From: Azolla caroliniana
Taxonomy: Eukaryota > Plantae > Polypodiophyta
DNA: 64,000 bases
Reading direction: 5' to 3'
Assembly (NCBI GenBank): GCA_043228905.1
Contig: JBHGNT010000015.1
Coordinates: 8,556,001 to 8,620,000, forward strand
The translations under genes were made by a program, and so were the position numbers. Positions 49,501 to 62,900 of the stretch are shown here, in pieces (positions within the stretch are counted from its first letter, which is position 1; each line of letters starts with the position of its first letter). The notes beneath the pieces were generated by a model. The model saw only the letters and a program-made list of their open reading frames with translations. It had not been told where the DNA came from and did no database searches.

Positions 49501-52500
49501 CTCGAGGAGGTGGACCTCGGCACAGCAGACAAGCCCCGACCGGTAAATGTTGCAAAGGAATTGCCGAAGGAAGAAAAGAAGGCAATGGTAGCATTATTAA
49601 CAGACTTCAAGGATGTGTTCGCGTGGTCGTACGAAGACATGCGAGGGCTGGACCCCCAGCTCTATCAGCACCAAATTCACCTAAGTACGGACGCGAAACC
49701 GATCGCTCAACGCAGGTACCAGATGAATCCGAATTATGCGGCGAAGGTGAAGGAGGAAATTGATAAGCTCCTCCGGGTCGGATTTATCCGACCGGTCAAG
49801 CAGGCAACCTGGCTGAGTCCGATAGTGGTGGTCCCGAAAAAGAACGGCAAAATCCGGGTATGCATGGACTACCGAAAACTAAATGCCGCAACAGTGACTG
49901 ATGCGTTTCCACTACCATTTACGGACGGGGTGTTAGATGCGGTAGCCGGCCACGAAGTTTACAACTTCCTGGATGGATTTAGCGGCTACAACCAAATACG
50001 AATGAACCCGGCCGACCAGGAGAAGACAACGTTCGTGACGGAATGGGGAGTGTTCGTCGCGGTCGTGATGATGTTCGGACTAAAGACGGCTCCAGCGACC
50101 TTTCAAAGGATAATAATGGAAATTTTCGGGGAATATATCCCCGGTTTTATGCAGGTCTTCCTTGACGATTTCGCGGTCTACAGCCGGCACGGAGAGCATC
50201 TCGATCACCTCCGGCTGTGCTTGGAGAAGTGCCGCGAGTACCGATTGAGCCTGAACCCGGCCAAGTGCGTCTTTGGAGTGGCAAGCGGCAACTTACTAGG
50301 GCACGTGGTGAGTAAGGAAGGAATCGCGGTAGATCCGGATAAAGTCAAGGCGATTCTCGAGGCACCAGCACCAAGTAACGCAAAGGCTTTAAGCCGGTTC
50401 CTGGGCCAAATAAGGTGGCATAGCCGGATGATACGGCACCTCGCAGACTTCGCTACACCGTTACATACCGCCGTACATAGGGTACCCTTCCTATGGGCGG
50501 AGACGGAGGAGGAATCCTACAAAGCGTTGAAGGTTATGCTGTCGCAAGCTCCGGTGGTGCAACCGCCGGATTGGAGTAAAAGCTTTCACGTCTTCGTCGA
50601 CGCGTCAGACGTAGCAATCGGCAGCGTTCTGATGCAACTCACGGAACCGAAATGGTACCGACCGGTGTACTACGCGAGCTGGAAACTCTCAAAAGCCGAA
50701 CGGAATTACTCTACGACGGAACGCGAGGCATTGGGAATGGTGTATAGTGTCACAAAGTACAGGCACTATCTGCTCGGAAGGAAGTTTTCCTTCCATGTCG
50801 ACCATTCGGCACTACTCTACCTGGTCTCGAAGGCATCCCTGACGGGAAAATTTGCACGGTGGACACTGCTGCTATAGGAATTTGAATTTGACATTTTCCA
50901 CCGACCCGGGGCGCAGCATGCGGTAGCGGACTACCTAAGCAGACTCGAATCCGGAGAAGCAGGGGACGGCGTCCAGGATGAGTTTCCCGACGCCGAATTG
51001 TTCCGGATCACGACGAAACCGGCAACGGATACAACGGTAGCCGATGAAGACACATGGCTAACTGAGATGCATCAGTTCCTGAGCACCGGAGTTCCCCCGG
51101 AGAACATGGACCGCGATGAAAGGAAAAGGGTAGCAGTAAGAAGTAGACATTTCTGCTTGGTTGGAGACACCCTCTATCACAAGGGGGCAGATGGCATCTG
51201 GAGACGAGCAGTGCGGAGCGATGAGAAGGATCTAATCCTCAGGGAAGCCCAATGTGGAATTGCCGGCGGGCATTATGCCGGCAACGCAACCGCTCGGAAA
51301 ATATGGCAGAGCGGACTGTGGTGGCCGACCACCCTAAAAGATGCCGTGAAGTATAGCAGAGAATGCGATTTGTGTCAACGACTGGGCCAACCCACAGAGC
51401 AAGACCGGATGCCACACCACCCGGTCTTGCCCTTGGAACCGTTTCAAAAGTGGGGGTTGGACTTTGTCGGTCCCTTCAAGCCACCGACAATGCGAACCGG
51501 AAATCGGTATGTCATAGTGGCAACCGACTATTGCACCAAATGGGTAGAAGCAAAGGCCTTACGGGACAACACGGCCGCGTCCACAGCAAAGTTCCTGTAC
51601 GAGTGCATATGGTGCCGGTATGGTTGCCCGATCGAGCTTATAAGTGACCAAGGAGGACATTTTCTCGGGCAGGTAGTAGAAAGCCTGACGTCATTTTACG
51701 CGGTGGTACATAAAAAGAGTACACCCTACTACCCTCAAGCCAATGGACTAGCGGAATCAACGAACAAAACTCTGCAGAACATCCTACGAAAAATCGTCAA
51801 CGAGAACCTGACCGACTGGGATACGAAATTGCAAAGCGCGCTATGGGCGTACCGAACAACGCACAAAACCAGCATCCGGACAACCCCGTTCCGACTAGCA
51901 TTCGAGTTAGAAGCGGTCATGTTGGTAGAGTTCCAGATCCCCAGCTTACGGATTCAGGTGAAGGAGCGCTTAAGTGAGAATGAGTCCGAACGAATCCGGC
52001 TGGCAACGTTGTTGGAATTAGAGGAAAACCGAATAGCCAGCTTACTACAACTTGAACTGGAGCAAAGGAGGGGAAAAGCCTTCGTGGACCGACACCGGCG
52101 TGGCAATGAAAAGGAGTTCGAAGTCGGGAAACCGGTACTACTATTCCAGACACGGATGGGGAACATGCCGGGAAAGTTGCGGTTTCGATGGACCGGACCG
52201 TTCTGGATCACCAAGGAGTACAATGGGTCATATCAGCTCGGCACGTTGTCTGGAGATGTCATCGGCAAGTGGGCAAATGGATTTCGGCTAAAGCCGTATA
52301 AGGGAAATATGCCAGCCAACCTGTTCAAGCAAAACCCGGAAATCCGGCAAGATGAGGAACCGACACCGACAGACGCTGCTGAAGATATTCAGACCGAGGA
52401 AGAACCGACACCGATACTGACAAAGACTATCCCGGAAAACCGACAGAAGGATCCGGTATCCACACGAACCAACCCGAACAAATCGGGGGGGACCAGCAAA

Positions 52501-52503
52501 TGA
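46570..52503 (+). pseudogene. Gypsy-F gag-pol polyprotein (gag, 3 CCHC, PR, RT, RH, INT) with one frameshift and one stop
   Basis: ORFs 46523-49057, 48952-50877 and 50998-52503 join after repairing a 1-nt loss at ~48990 (WEPCPFWLR) and a TAG at 50875. Confidence 0.93.
47976..48228. repeat. 126-bp in-frame tandem duplication in F gag
   Basis: The 42-aa R/D/E/Y-rich unit 'YAD(R/K)RR(E/D)NYDREERR(R/K)DSYPRDRYDRDESPEYDRRREERRQG' occurs twice. Confidence 0.92.
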
Positions 52504-52700
52504 CGTGGTCCAAACAAAGAAAAATAAAAATAAAAAAAATCGACGCGAATCATAGTAATGACGGGGAGATCACAAGAGGTCGGAGCGCCACCATGCAACG
52601 AAGAGGCGCCATGCATTAAAGAAGGACGTGCGCGTACTTGCTATTTAAAGCATGGAACGTGGACACTCACACGCGGCAAACAAGAAAGGACATACTAATT

Positions 52701-55700
52701 ATGGGAGAGGAACATGCACGGGAAACGAAAAAGGGCGGCTCGAGGCACAACCCACTATATAAGACACAGGCCGGCGAAGGGCTCACTTTTTACGAATTTT
52801 ACTACATACAGGCGCAGAAGCACAGAAGAGCGACCCGACGCACAGAGCACACACAACGCGATCCCGAACAACAGGCAGCAGACGAAGAATTCGAAACAAT
52901 GGTACTGTCGGAAGAGGCACGCCAATGGATGAGGGAGAACGGGTTAAAAGGATTGCTGCGGATCGCCGACGCTCCACCACACGCAGAAATAGAGCAGGCG
53001 GCAACATCGATCGATATATCAGAAGTCACGGAAGGAGCGGTGCAGGCGCTCACGGGGATAAAAGCAGGAGGACTTCAAACAATCGAAAACCCTTCAAGTG
53101 AAATCCTGTTCAAATATTTCGGGGAGTACTCTATCAGCAGCAAGGCGTACCGAACGCAGGGCGGAGAGAACCTGCTGTTCGGAGAAGTGGCCCGCGCCAT
53201 GATGGAATACGGATTCGTGAATCCCTGTCCCCCGGCCATAGCCAAGTACCGGGCAACGTTCTTAATAGCAGCGTACGAAGGCTTACAAATAGACTGGCTC
53301 CATTTCATAACCGAAGGATTGAAGGAGGCCATCAAAAATCTTGTGGAAGGAAAAAAGCCATGGGCCGGGATAGCACAATGGCTAATGGTGTTAGTCCCAC
53401 CAGTGCTCCCCATCACACAAAAGAAAAGAGGTCGGCAGGAGACGACGCCGAAAAAGGTCACAAAGCGCCGACAGATCTTGGAGAAACACACCCCCGGATG
53501 GACCCAGCAAGAAGCAGAACAGCAGGGGGAAGGACCATCCCGACAGCAACAGGAACCGGCAACAAAGGCAAAACCGGCAGGTAAAGGCAAAGGGAAATCT
53601 GCCGAGGAGGAACCGGTAGCGCGCAAACCAATCCATATAACGTTGCGACGGCCGGAACCGGAACCAGAGGGCTTTATACAAAAGGTCCGTCTGGTAACCG
53701 CACCGGAGGAGGAAGCTGAAACAGAAGACTCATCCGAACCACTGGTAAGACTCCCAGCAAGACAAGGTATGGAGAAACGGGCGAAAGGACCGGCTCCACC
53801 AGTGGACAGAACTCAGCAGAGGGCGCAAGGACCATCTCCAGTAGCCGAGGCGGAAACAGCACCTGAACCCGTACCCAGGGAAGCAGCACCGACACCGGTT
53901 GGGCCGGACTTCAGAGAACCGGTCATCCCAGAGAAGAAGAAGGAACAAGCACCGGAGCCGGAGCCAGAGAAGAGGCCGGAAAAACAGCCTGAGTTAAGTG
54001 AGCAAGGCCACCCCGACACCGGAAGAACAAAGCCACAATGGCTGAGATGGCTTTCGGAGCAGTTATTGGGAGTAGCGGACCAGTTAGAAAAAGAAGAAAC
54101 GTGTAGGCAACAGCTGACGCATACAACAACTCAGGAGTTGGTCGCGCTCCGAACACAGATCGAGGAAATGCAAGGGGAGCTGTTGCAGGCAAGGGAAGGA
54201 ATTCAACAAGCACAAGTTGTCACCGAGCCGGTCGGGACAACAAGGAAGCAACCAGAACCGGAACCGGAACCGGTAGCCTTGCAAACCGGCCCTGAGACCG
54301 AAAAAATAATAGAAACCTTACGAGAGGAGTTAAAAGCTCAGGAGGCATTAAGGGAAAGAGAAAGGGAGCAGCGGAAAGCGGTGGAGGACGACAGACAAAA
54401 AATGGAAGAAGGCCTCCGGAAAGGTCGAGCCGCTAATGACCGAATGCAAGAAGAAAAAGAGAAGCTGCAAAAGGAGAAGGACCGACTACGTCGACATGCC
54501 GAGCAAGAGATAGAACGACTGCAGGAAGAACTCCGACAACAGAAGGACCGGGACGATCGGTTAAGAGCTCAGGCAACCCGACGCCTGAAGCAGAAGATGG
54601 AGGACTTCGACCGTCTCTACCGAGATCACAAGCAGGCCGAGTCGGACAACAAAAAACGGGCAGCAGACTATGACCGGCAAATAGAGAAGCTGAAAGAACA
54701 GCTCAAAGAGACCCGATTAGACCTGGCTAAGGCGATGGATGAGGTCAGTGCCAACAAGGAAGCATTGTCGGCGGAAATAGCCCAAACAACGGAGAGAAGG
54801 AAGGAATTAGAGGCGCTAAGGCGGGAAAAGCTGGACCTGACCAAGATCAGGAATGAAGAAAAGGAAAAATCGACCTTCACGATCAGCAAACTGCAAAGTA
54901 CCTATGAAAAGCAGAAAGCGGATTACGAGGCCCAGGCTCAGATAATGGCCGACATTATAAAACGGGCAAGGAAGGAAAAGTAGGAAGCTTATGCGCATGC
55001 TAAGGCAGGGGTTGACCAGATCAAGCTCATCATGTCAGGATGGAGTACCCGAGCTCAGGCAAGCATCAACGAAAGTACGGAAAAGCTATGGAAGGAGTGG
55101 TCACAACAGGCAGCCGAGCTGCAGACACTCCGAGCGGATGCCGAGAATCGGAGGAAGACCGGTGACAAGTTCTACAAGATGGATGAAGAAAGTATCGTCG
55201 CCATTCGGGAAGAATTGTCGGAAGATTTCTACACTTTAGCGGAAGAACATCTCAAAGAAATCCGAGGGTTGGTAGAGAGGTTGGATGACGGGTAGCTCGC
55301 AACTCAGTTGGAGTTGGAGAGATACGAGCAGGACCGGTTACGACAGGAAGCTAAGGGAAGAACGACGCCAACCACTATTGGTGAGGAAACGCGACCGGCT
55401 GAAGATGAACCAACCGACACCGAACAACCCCGACGAGGAATACCCGAAGACGAACTTGAAGAAGAGCAGGAGCAGACCAATGCCGGAGAAGAAGAAGAGC
55501 TGAGACCGGAAGACACCAGAGCAGAGGAAGGAGGCATATCGAGTCGACCAGTCGAGACCGGAGAAAGCGACACCGGTAACAGAACAGAGCCAGGAACGGA
55601 GGGAGAACAGGAAGAACCCGGACGAAGCGGTGAGGAAGCACCGGCACCACAAAATCAAGCAGAGCCGGAGCAGCAAATTTTTATGGAACAGCCCACCCAA

Positions 55701-55802
55701 CCGGAGGTCGGAGACCAGGCAGGCAAGGCACAGGAACAGGAGGAAGGAGCACCACTTGACACCATCGAGCAGAGTGTGCTCGATATTTTGGAGGAAGACT
55801 GA
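52701..55802 (+). pseudogene. Gypsy-F ORF3, ~1030-aa coiled-coil protein with two in-frame TAGs
   Basis: ORFs 52638-54983, 55032-55295 and 55308-55802 are all in one frame, separated only by TAG stops. Homologous to 5046-7504. Confidence 0.85.
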
Positions 55803-56238
55803 GGCCGGGAGTGGATTCGAAGTGCAAGGCACTTTCCCATGGGCGTGCCATGTGTTGGCCGGTCAGAAGAGCAAGGACAAGTAGGAAGGCGGAATCGGAT
55901 CGGATAATAGGAAGTAAATAATAGGAGAATTATTATTCGGAGGGACGGATCCGGTTCAGTTGTACCGATCCGGATCCAGACCGATTCGGATGTCGGTTGC
56001 CTAAGCGCACCGATTGTAACCTTGCCGGATGCCTATAAAAGGATCCGATGATTTGTAAAGGGGACAGAAGTAATACAATAGTAATTATTGCGTGTTTATC
56101 TGTATCTCGTATTGTTTACCGTTTGTGCTTAATTGTAATCATCTTACGCGTGTAACCTAGCATCCAATCCTTACCACCCCTTTGGAGAAGTGTCGGATAG
56201 ACACCTGTGTTGAGGCTAGTCCGGCCAGACAGACAATA

Positions 56239-57667
56239 AAAATGAGCTAAGACAAGAGCTGATGTGAATGCCTCTTTCAACTGAGTAAAGGTTTTGTCTG
56301 CTTCAAGAGTCCAAACAAATGCTTGATTTTTCTTGGTGAGTTGAGTAAGTGGCAATACAATCTTCGAATAGTTCCATATGCATTTGCGGTAGAAGTTGGC
56401 AAATCCAAGGAAACACTGGACATCTTGAACGGAACTTGGAGTATGTCATTCCAATACTATTTGAACTTTCGCTGGATCCATGAAGATATCTTTGGATGAA
56501 ATGGTATAACCCAAGAACTCAACTTCTTTGCAATCAAAACTGCACTTCTCTAGTTTGGCATAAAGACCATACTCTCTTAAGCATTGGAGTACCTTCCGGA
56601 CATGTATATCATGCTCCGCTTGTGTTCTAGAGTAAATCAATAGATCATCTAAATAGATGATAAGAAAGATATCTAGAAAATCTCGGAAAATGGCATTTGC
56701 CATATGTTGAAACACGGCAGGAGCATTTGTGAGCCCAAAAGGCATAACTGTATACTCGAAATGGCCATATCGAGTGTGAAATGCAGTCTTCCACTCGTCT
56801 CCCGGTCAAATACGGACAAGATTATATGCACCCCTTAGATCAATCTTGGTAAAATGCTTTGCCCCACCAATGCACTCTAAAAGACTGGAAATTAAAGGTA
56901 GAGCATACCTATTTCTTATTGTCACTTTATTTAATCCCCGATAATCCACGACCAAACGAAGTGAGTCATCCTTTTTCTTCACGAAACAGATAGGAGCACC
57001 AACTGGAGACTTTGAATGTCGAATAAATCCACTTGCAAGATTCTCGTCAATGTATGCTCGAAGAACCTCAAGCTCCGTTGGTGACAGATTGTAGATCGGA
57101 CCCCATGGTGGCTCTTTTCCTGGTTGTAGATCAATGGGACAATCGTAATGGCCAATGCTTTGGAAGTACAGTAGCTTTGACTTTGTCGAAGACATCAGCA
57201 TATTCCTGGTACTTTTTTAGGAATGTAGACCTCTGACGTCCCTTGAGTGTCACTAGAAGGTGCAACTGATATGGCAAATAAGAATAAATCTTCTTTTGCT
57301 CCTTCTTGGCATAATTGTTCTAGGGTGATGGTTGAAATTTGATGAAGAGGAGCAACATGTTTGGTAGAGGGTGATTTGGTAACACTATGTTTTTCAAGGG
57401 GATGATCCTGGGTTCGACCCTTGACTACTAAGTTTCCTTTTGAAGAGCACCTAATTTCTCGTCGTCTCCAATCAATTCTTGGGTTGTGTAGCTCGAACCA
57501 TGGCAAACCAAGGACGATTGGATGCTCAGGGCTACGGATTATGTTAAAGGAGACCACACATCCTAAATCACCTAAGAGTATGTGTATCGGTTCAGACTCC
57601 TCGAACATATTTCCAGAAGCCTTATGGGGACATCCATCAATCACTACTATGGAAACTAGGCAAGGAA
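56239..57667 (-). pseudogene. Inverted Gypsy-G-type protease-RT segment
   Basis: 'HPIVLGLPWFELHNP', 'VDYRGLN' and 'YLDDLL' on the minus strand. Closely related to Gypsy-D pol. Confidence 0.92.
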
Positions 57668-59282
57668 TGTTGTACGTTTTAGGGTTAGGGTTAAGGACGA
57701 CGATGATGATGAATGATAACTATGATGATAGGCAATGAAGATAGACATCGTGATGGAGAGTATGATGGTGAGAGAGATCATATAGAGAAGCATTGCGGGG
57801 TGGGGGGGTGGTGCCTAGAATGGCTCCACCCCCCTCCCAAGGGGGTTCAACGTGAGAGAGGGAGAGAGAAGAGAAAAGGCGTCAAAGAGAGAGAGATTAG
57901 AGAGAAATGTTCATTCATGTTTCATTCATTCCCCATAAGGGGTTAAATAGTACAAGAGGGGGGTAGATACATAGGGGTGTAAGCCCCATTGAGCATTCAT
58001 ACTGGACACTCACTCACACCTCCTCGTATCCATCCACATGCACACACGTGTGTGCATGTGTTCACATACGTATAGACTCACAATTACATTTATGCCTCCT
58101 ACACATACACAACAACATCATGATAACATTCGACCGTCGATCATCACACTTGACTCTCCGTACATCTCGTACGGGGTAACACAATATGGCACGCCCGTGG
58201 GAAAGTGCCTTGCACGTCGATCCCACATGCCTTGATGATGATATTTCTTTGACTGGAACTTCCATTGGTCCTTTCAACGATCGACTCCCTCGATCAGAGT
58301 GCTTGACTCGAACATCTTTGTCGGTCAACTAATCTTCCGCGACACGAACCTTCTCGTTCTGTCGGCTTACGAACTTTGGTAACATCATTCGGGTCGTTAA
58401 AAAGACGTTGTATGTATGTGTGTTCTTCTTTGTATCTTGTGAGTTGTGTGTGGATCACGTCCATTTCTTTTAGGTAGATGAGTTTTCGAAATTTCCTCGT
58501 TGCCCTTTGGTTATTAAAACTCTAATATATACCCTCGAACTTTTGAATTTGCAATGGGTACCCTCAAGGTTTTGAAATTTGTTGCCCTTGTCTTTGTCTT
58601 TTCCTTTCTCCTTTCTGTTTTGTCTTCCTCTCTTTCTTCATTTTTTCTCTTCTTCCTGTCTGTTGGTCCCTTTGTGTCTCCTTCTCTTCTCTTTCTTCCT
58701 TTCCACTTCTTTGTCTCTCCCGGTTGCTTCTTTGTCTGTCCGTGGTTTTTTGGTGTCTTTCTCTTCTTCCATGACATCTTTTTCTTCCTTCACTGTTCTT
58801 CTTCTTCCTTGCATTTTCTCTTCTCTCTTCTTCTTATGTTCTGCATGTCTACCTCTTTCTTCTCTGTGTTGTCTTTGTTTTGGTTGTCGTGGGTTGGTCG
58901 TTTGTCCAGCCCGTTTGGCCACTCCGGCCACTGTTCGGCTATTACGGCCGCTTCGGCAGTTCCTCGGCCACTCTTTGGTCGCTCGTCCGTCTCCATCTCC
59001 GGTCGTGGCCATCTCCGACCACTGATGCCATCCTTGTCCAACCGCCTTGTCCGGCGTGTCCGTCCGTTCCGGTCATCCTCTCGTCGTCTATCCGGTCGTC
59101 AGTTGTCTAGTCCGGTCGCCTCCGTTCTGGCACTGTTCGGCTGTGTCTTTTCGGCCGCCTCTGCAACCTTTTGATCATCCTTGCTATTCTGTCCGTCGCC
59201 TTGTCGCCGTCTATTCGGCCCGGTCATTGTTCGTCTGTGTCTTTTTGGTTGTCTCTCACACCACGCTTTTTGGCACATGCAC
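57668..59282 (-). mobile_element. LTR (58344-57668) plus non-coding internal sequence of an unclassified element, running into the gap
   Basis: Minus strand reads TGTCGCGG...TACAACA, with a clean junction in the protease at 57667. A purine-rich stretch precedes the LTR. Confidence 0.55.
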
Positions 59283-59382
59283 NNNNNNNNNNNNNNNNNN
59301 NNNNNNNNNNNNNNNNNNNNNNNNNNNNNNNNNNNNNNNNNNNNNNNNNNNNNNNNNNNNNNNNNNNNNNNNNNNNNNNNNN
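59283..59382. other. Assembly gap (100 N)
   Basis: Run of N. Confidence 1.
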
Positions 59383-59930
59383 AACTTTTTCTTTTAGTTG
59401 CATGCCTTTTTCTTTTAGTTGCATCTATTTTTAGTTGCATGCGACCGTCCACATAACCTTTACTTTAGCTTTCTTCACTTCACTTTAATTAGCCACATGA
59501 TCCTATCATCTGTTCGGTTTGCGTCCAGCCTTGTCCGATCGTCGGTTCCGTCCAGTCACCGATTGCCACTGCCTCACCGGCTCCGCCGCCGGTCCGACCG
59601 GTTTCGGGTTTTGCTTACCGGCCGGTTCCGGCTTTGCTTACCGACGGGTTCCGGTTTTGCTTACCAACCAGTTTCCGGTTTTTGGGAACTTAGCCACCAT
59701 TATCCAACAAGACAAAGTGGCCAAAGTGCTTTTAGCACAAATGAAAATGAGGGGTCTCAAAGTGCTTATATAGCCAGGGCCTTAAGTTTCCTATCTATGT
59801 GAGATACTTCAAAATTCTATTTTCCCTATCTTCTCAAGCTTCATCTTTCTATAGCATGTCATTAAGCTAATATAAATTACTTATTTTATTATTATTATTA
59901 TTTACATAGTGTGAGAAGATTCACACGACA
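59383..59930 (-). mobile_element. Partial LTR of the 16176-17630 family, inverted
   Basis: Reverse-complement match to 16176-~17150 with only ~3-4 minisatellite units. Ends CACACGACA. Confidence 0.85.
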
Positions 59931-62900
59931 ACGGGCTCCGAATCTCTTGCAAACTCTCTTCAGCATATCATCCCGAAACTGATGGCCAAACAGAACGCAC
60001 AAATCAAACACTTGAGCAGTATCTTCGATGTTTCATCAGTTATCAACAAGATGATTGGAGTCATATATTGCATCTTGCAGAGTTTGCATACAATAACACC
60101 ATACACTCTTCTACCAAGGTCACACCTTTCTATGCCTATACTGGCAACCATCCTCGATGGTGTCTCTTGGACATTCCAATGATCTCACCAAACCCTAGTG
60201 TAGAGCAACACCTCCACCGACTACAACATCTTCAATATGAGTTGTCTTCACATCTTCAAAAAGCTCAAGCCCAACATAAGGCCCATGCAGATCGACATCG
60301 TCTTCCGTCTCCATTCAAGGTCGGTGATTGGGTATGGTTGTTACGCCGTCACATAAAGACTACTCAACCGTGTGATAAATTAGATTATAAACGCTTGGGT
60401 CCTTTTGTCATCACGAAGCGGATTAATGATGCAACATTCCATCTTGATCTTCATGCAAGTTTGCGGCTTCATCCAGTCTTTCACAGCTCTCTTTTGGAAC
60501 CTTACCACACCAGCTCGATTCCCAATCGTGTCGTGCCGCCACCGCCTCCTCTCCAACTTGCTGATGGGCCACATGGGAACCCGTCAATAACGTTTTTAAT
60601 GCTCAAGCTCTTATTGACGACTTTCATCGTCACTATCCCAACAAACTCGGCCCTGCATTGTTAACAACTCCTTCCACTCGTCATTTTAAGAGGAGGGATA
60701 GTATCATGAATTTGTGAACATTATGTGGCTTCAGTTGGGTTTGAACCCAAGAACTTGTAATACATAATCAAGAACCTAACCATTAAGATAACATATGATT
60801 ATATGAAATAATAAAAGCTACTTCTTGTAATAGGCTGATATTGTAAATGTTCTAGAACATCCTAGAACATCTTAGAATATTCTAAGTGTAGAACATTCTA
60901 GAACATTATAGAAATCACTAGGTTATTCTATAGGAACCTATAAATATGGACATACAATTCTTCTCAAAACCAATTCAAATCAACACCAGTCTTAAGCTCT
61001 CATCGCCTATCTTGTATCCATTCTTATTCTACTTTAATACATTCATTCTTCTCTTATCATTTCATTCCTCTTCTTGTGATCTCTTTATATCTTTCGTCTA
61101 TCACTTTACCTTCTCTCTTGGTTCTGACAGAGTTATCCAACCTGGAGATGCCGATTGATGAGCAGAATCCCGAGCAAAGAGGAGAGTTGGGCAGAGACAT
61201 CCGGAATAGAGCCAACAGCGAGTGGACGAAGGTACCCACTCAGAGAAAGGAAGGCACCGACTACATATGCTAGTCAATACGTCATCTTTCCTGATGATGT
61301 TGAACCGGAGTGCTATGAAGAAACCATTGCCGACGAGAACAGAGGAAAATGGTTGAACGCGATGCAAGAGGAGATGGAATCTTCGCACGCGAATTACACC
61401 TACGACCTAGTAGAGCCGCTGAAAGGTAAGAGAGCACTCAGGAATAAGTGGGTCTACAAGGTGAAGACTAGAGAAATCGACAACGAGCCCAGGTATAAAG
61501 CCCGCATAGTGGTGAAGGGTTTCCAACAAAAGAAGGGCGTCGACTTTGACGAAATATTCGCACCAGTCGTGAAGATGACATCCATTCGAATTGTTCTGAG
61601 CATAGCGGCTAGCATGGATCTGGAGATCAAATAGTTGGATGTCAAAACTGCATTTCTGCACGGGGAGCTAGAAGAAGAAATCTACATGCAGCAACACGAA
61701 GGCTTTGAGGAAAAAGGGAAAGAGAATCTGGTGTGTCGACTCAGGAAAAGCTTGTACGGATTAAAACAAGCTCCACGCCAATGGTACAAGAAATTCGAGT
61801 CCTTCATGGTGGAACATCGATTCTAGAAAACAGAGTCCGATCACTGTGTGTTCGTAAAAAGGTACGAGGAAAGAGATTTCTTGATTCTTTTGCTATATGT
61901 TGATGATATGTTGATAGTCGATCAAGACATAAGGAAGATTAGAAGCTTGTTGAAAGCCCTCGACAAATCATTTGCCATGAAAGACCTTGGACCGGCAAAG
62001 CAAATCCTAGGAATGCACATAACCCAAGACAGAGCTCGGAAGGTGCTATGGTCATCACAACAGAAGTATGTGACAAAGATCCTAGAGAGGTTCAACATGT
62101 CGAACGCAAAGCCGGTCGGCTCAGTGCTGCCGACAAATTGCAGACAAATTGCGTAGCAGTGTCCAAAAGGGCAGAAGGAGAAGGGTGAGATGAGGAAGGT
62201 ACCATATGCCTCAGCCGTCGGCAGTCTAATGTATGCTATGGTCTGTACGAGACCGTACATAGCATTTGTTGTGGGAGCAGTAAGCCGATATATGAGTAAT
62301 CTAGGGAGAGAACACTAGGCAGTGGTGAAATGGATACTCAAGTACTTAAAGGGAACCTCGGGGTGTGCCTAAGGTATGGTGTCGGAAATCCTGTACTGGA
62401 AGGTTTTACGGATTCGGACATGTCTGGAGATGTCGACTCGAGCTGATCCACGTCAGGGTATGTGATGACCTATGCAGGGGGAGCAGTGTCGTGGCAGTCA
62501 CGACTGTAGAAGTCTATAGCCTTGTCGACTACAGAGACAGAGTATATGGCAGCGGTAGAAGCCAAAGAAAAGCTGCTCTGGATGAGAAATTTTCTCACCG
62601 AACTAGGCATGAAGCAAAAGGAGTTCTTGCTTCATTGTGACAACCAAAGTGCCATAAAACTAGCCAAGAACGCAACATATCACTCCTGAACCAAGCACAT
62701 ATAGAGAAGGTATCACTAGTTACGAGAGAGAGTCGAAGAAGGAGAATTTGCTCTTGAGAAGATCCATAATGACGACAATGGATCCGACATGCTGACGAAG
62801 AACCTATCTATGGACAGACTCAAAGTCTGTCGAGAGAATACAGAATTGATAGATTTCCTCCCAGAAGAGTGAAGGGGGAGTTTTGTTGGGAATATGTCCC

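Larger units (their letters stand above)
46132..56238 (+). mobile_element. Gypsy-F: full-length Athila-like element (10.1 kb), the least decayed element in the window
   Basis: Near-identical 386-bp LTRs at 46132-46517 and 55853-56238. PBS TGGCGACCAC at 46524 (tRNA-Arg-like). Flanks do not match (GATAA vs AAAAT). Confidence 0.95.
44580..61129 (+). mobile_element. Gypsy-G: Tf1/Tcn1-like chromoviral element related to D, rearranged internally
   Basis: LTRs 44580-45046 and 60702-61129. TSD GAGTT. gag 45105-46131 (+), PR-RT 57667-56239 (-), integrase C-terminal part 59931-60660 (+). PPT AAGAGGAGGGATAG. Confidence 0.9.

Noticed and set aside
52701-55802. Retroviral env gene
   Set aside because: It sits in the env position, but no signal peptide or transmembrane segment is visible.
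58514-59174. Hydrophobic membrane-like and Lys/Arg-rich ORFs
   Set aside because: They arise from CT-rich low-complexity sequence, and no domain is recognisable.
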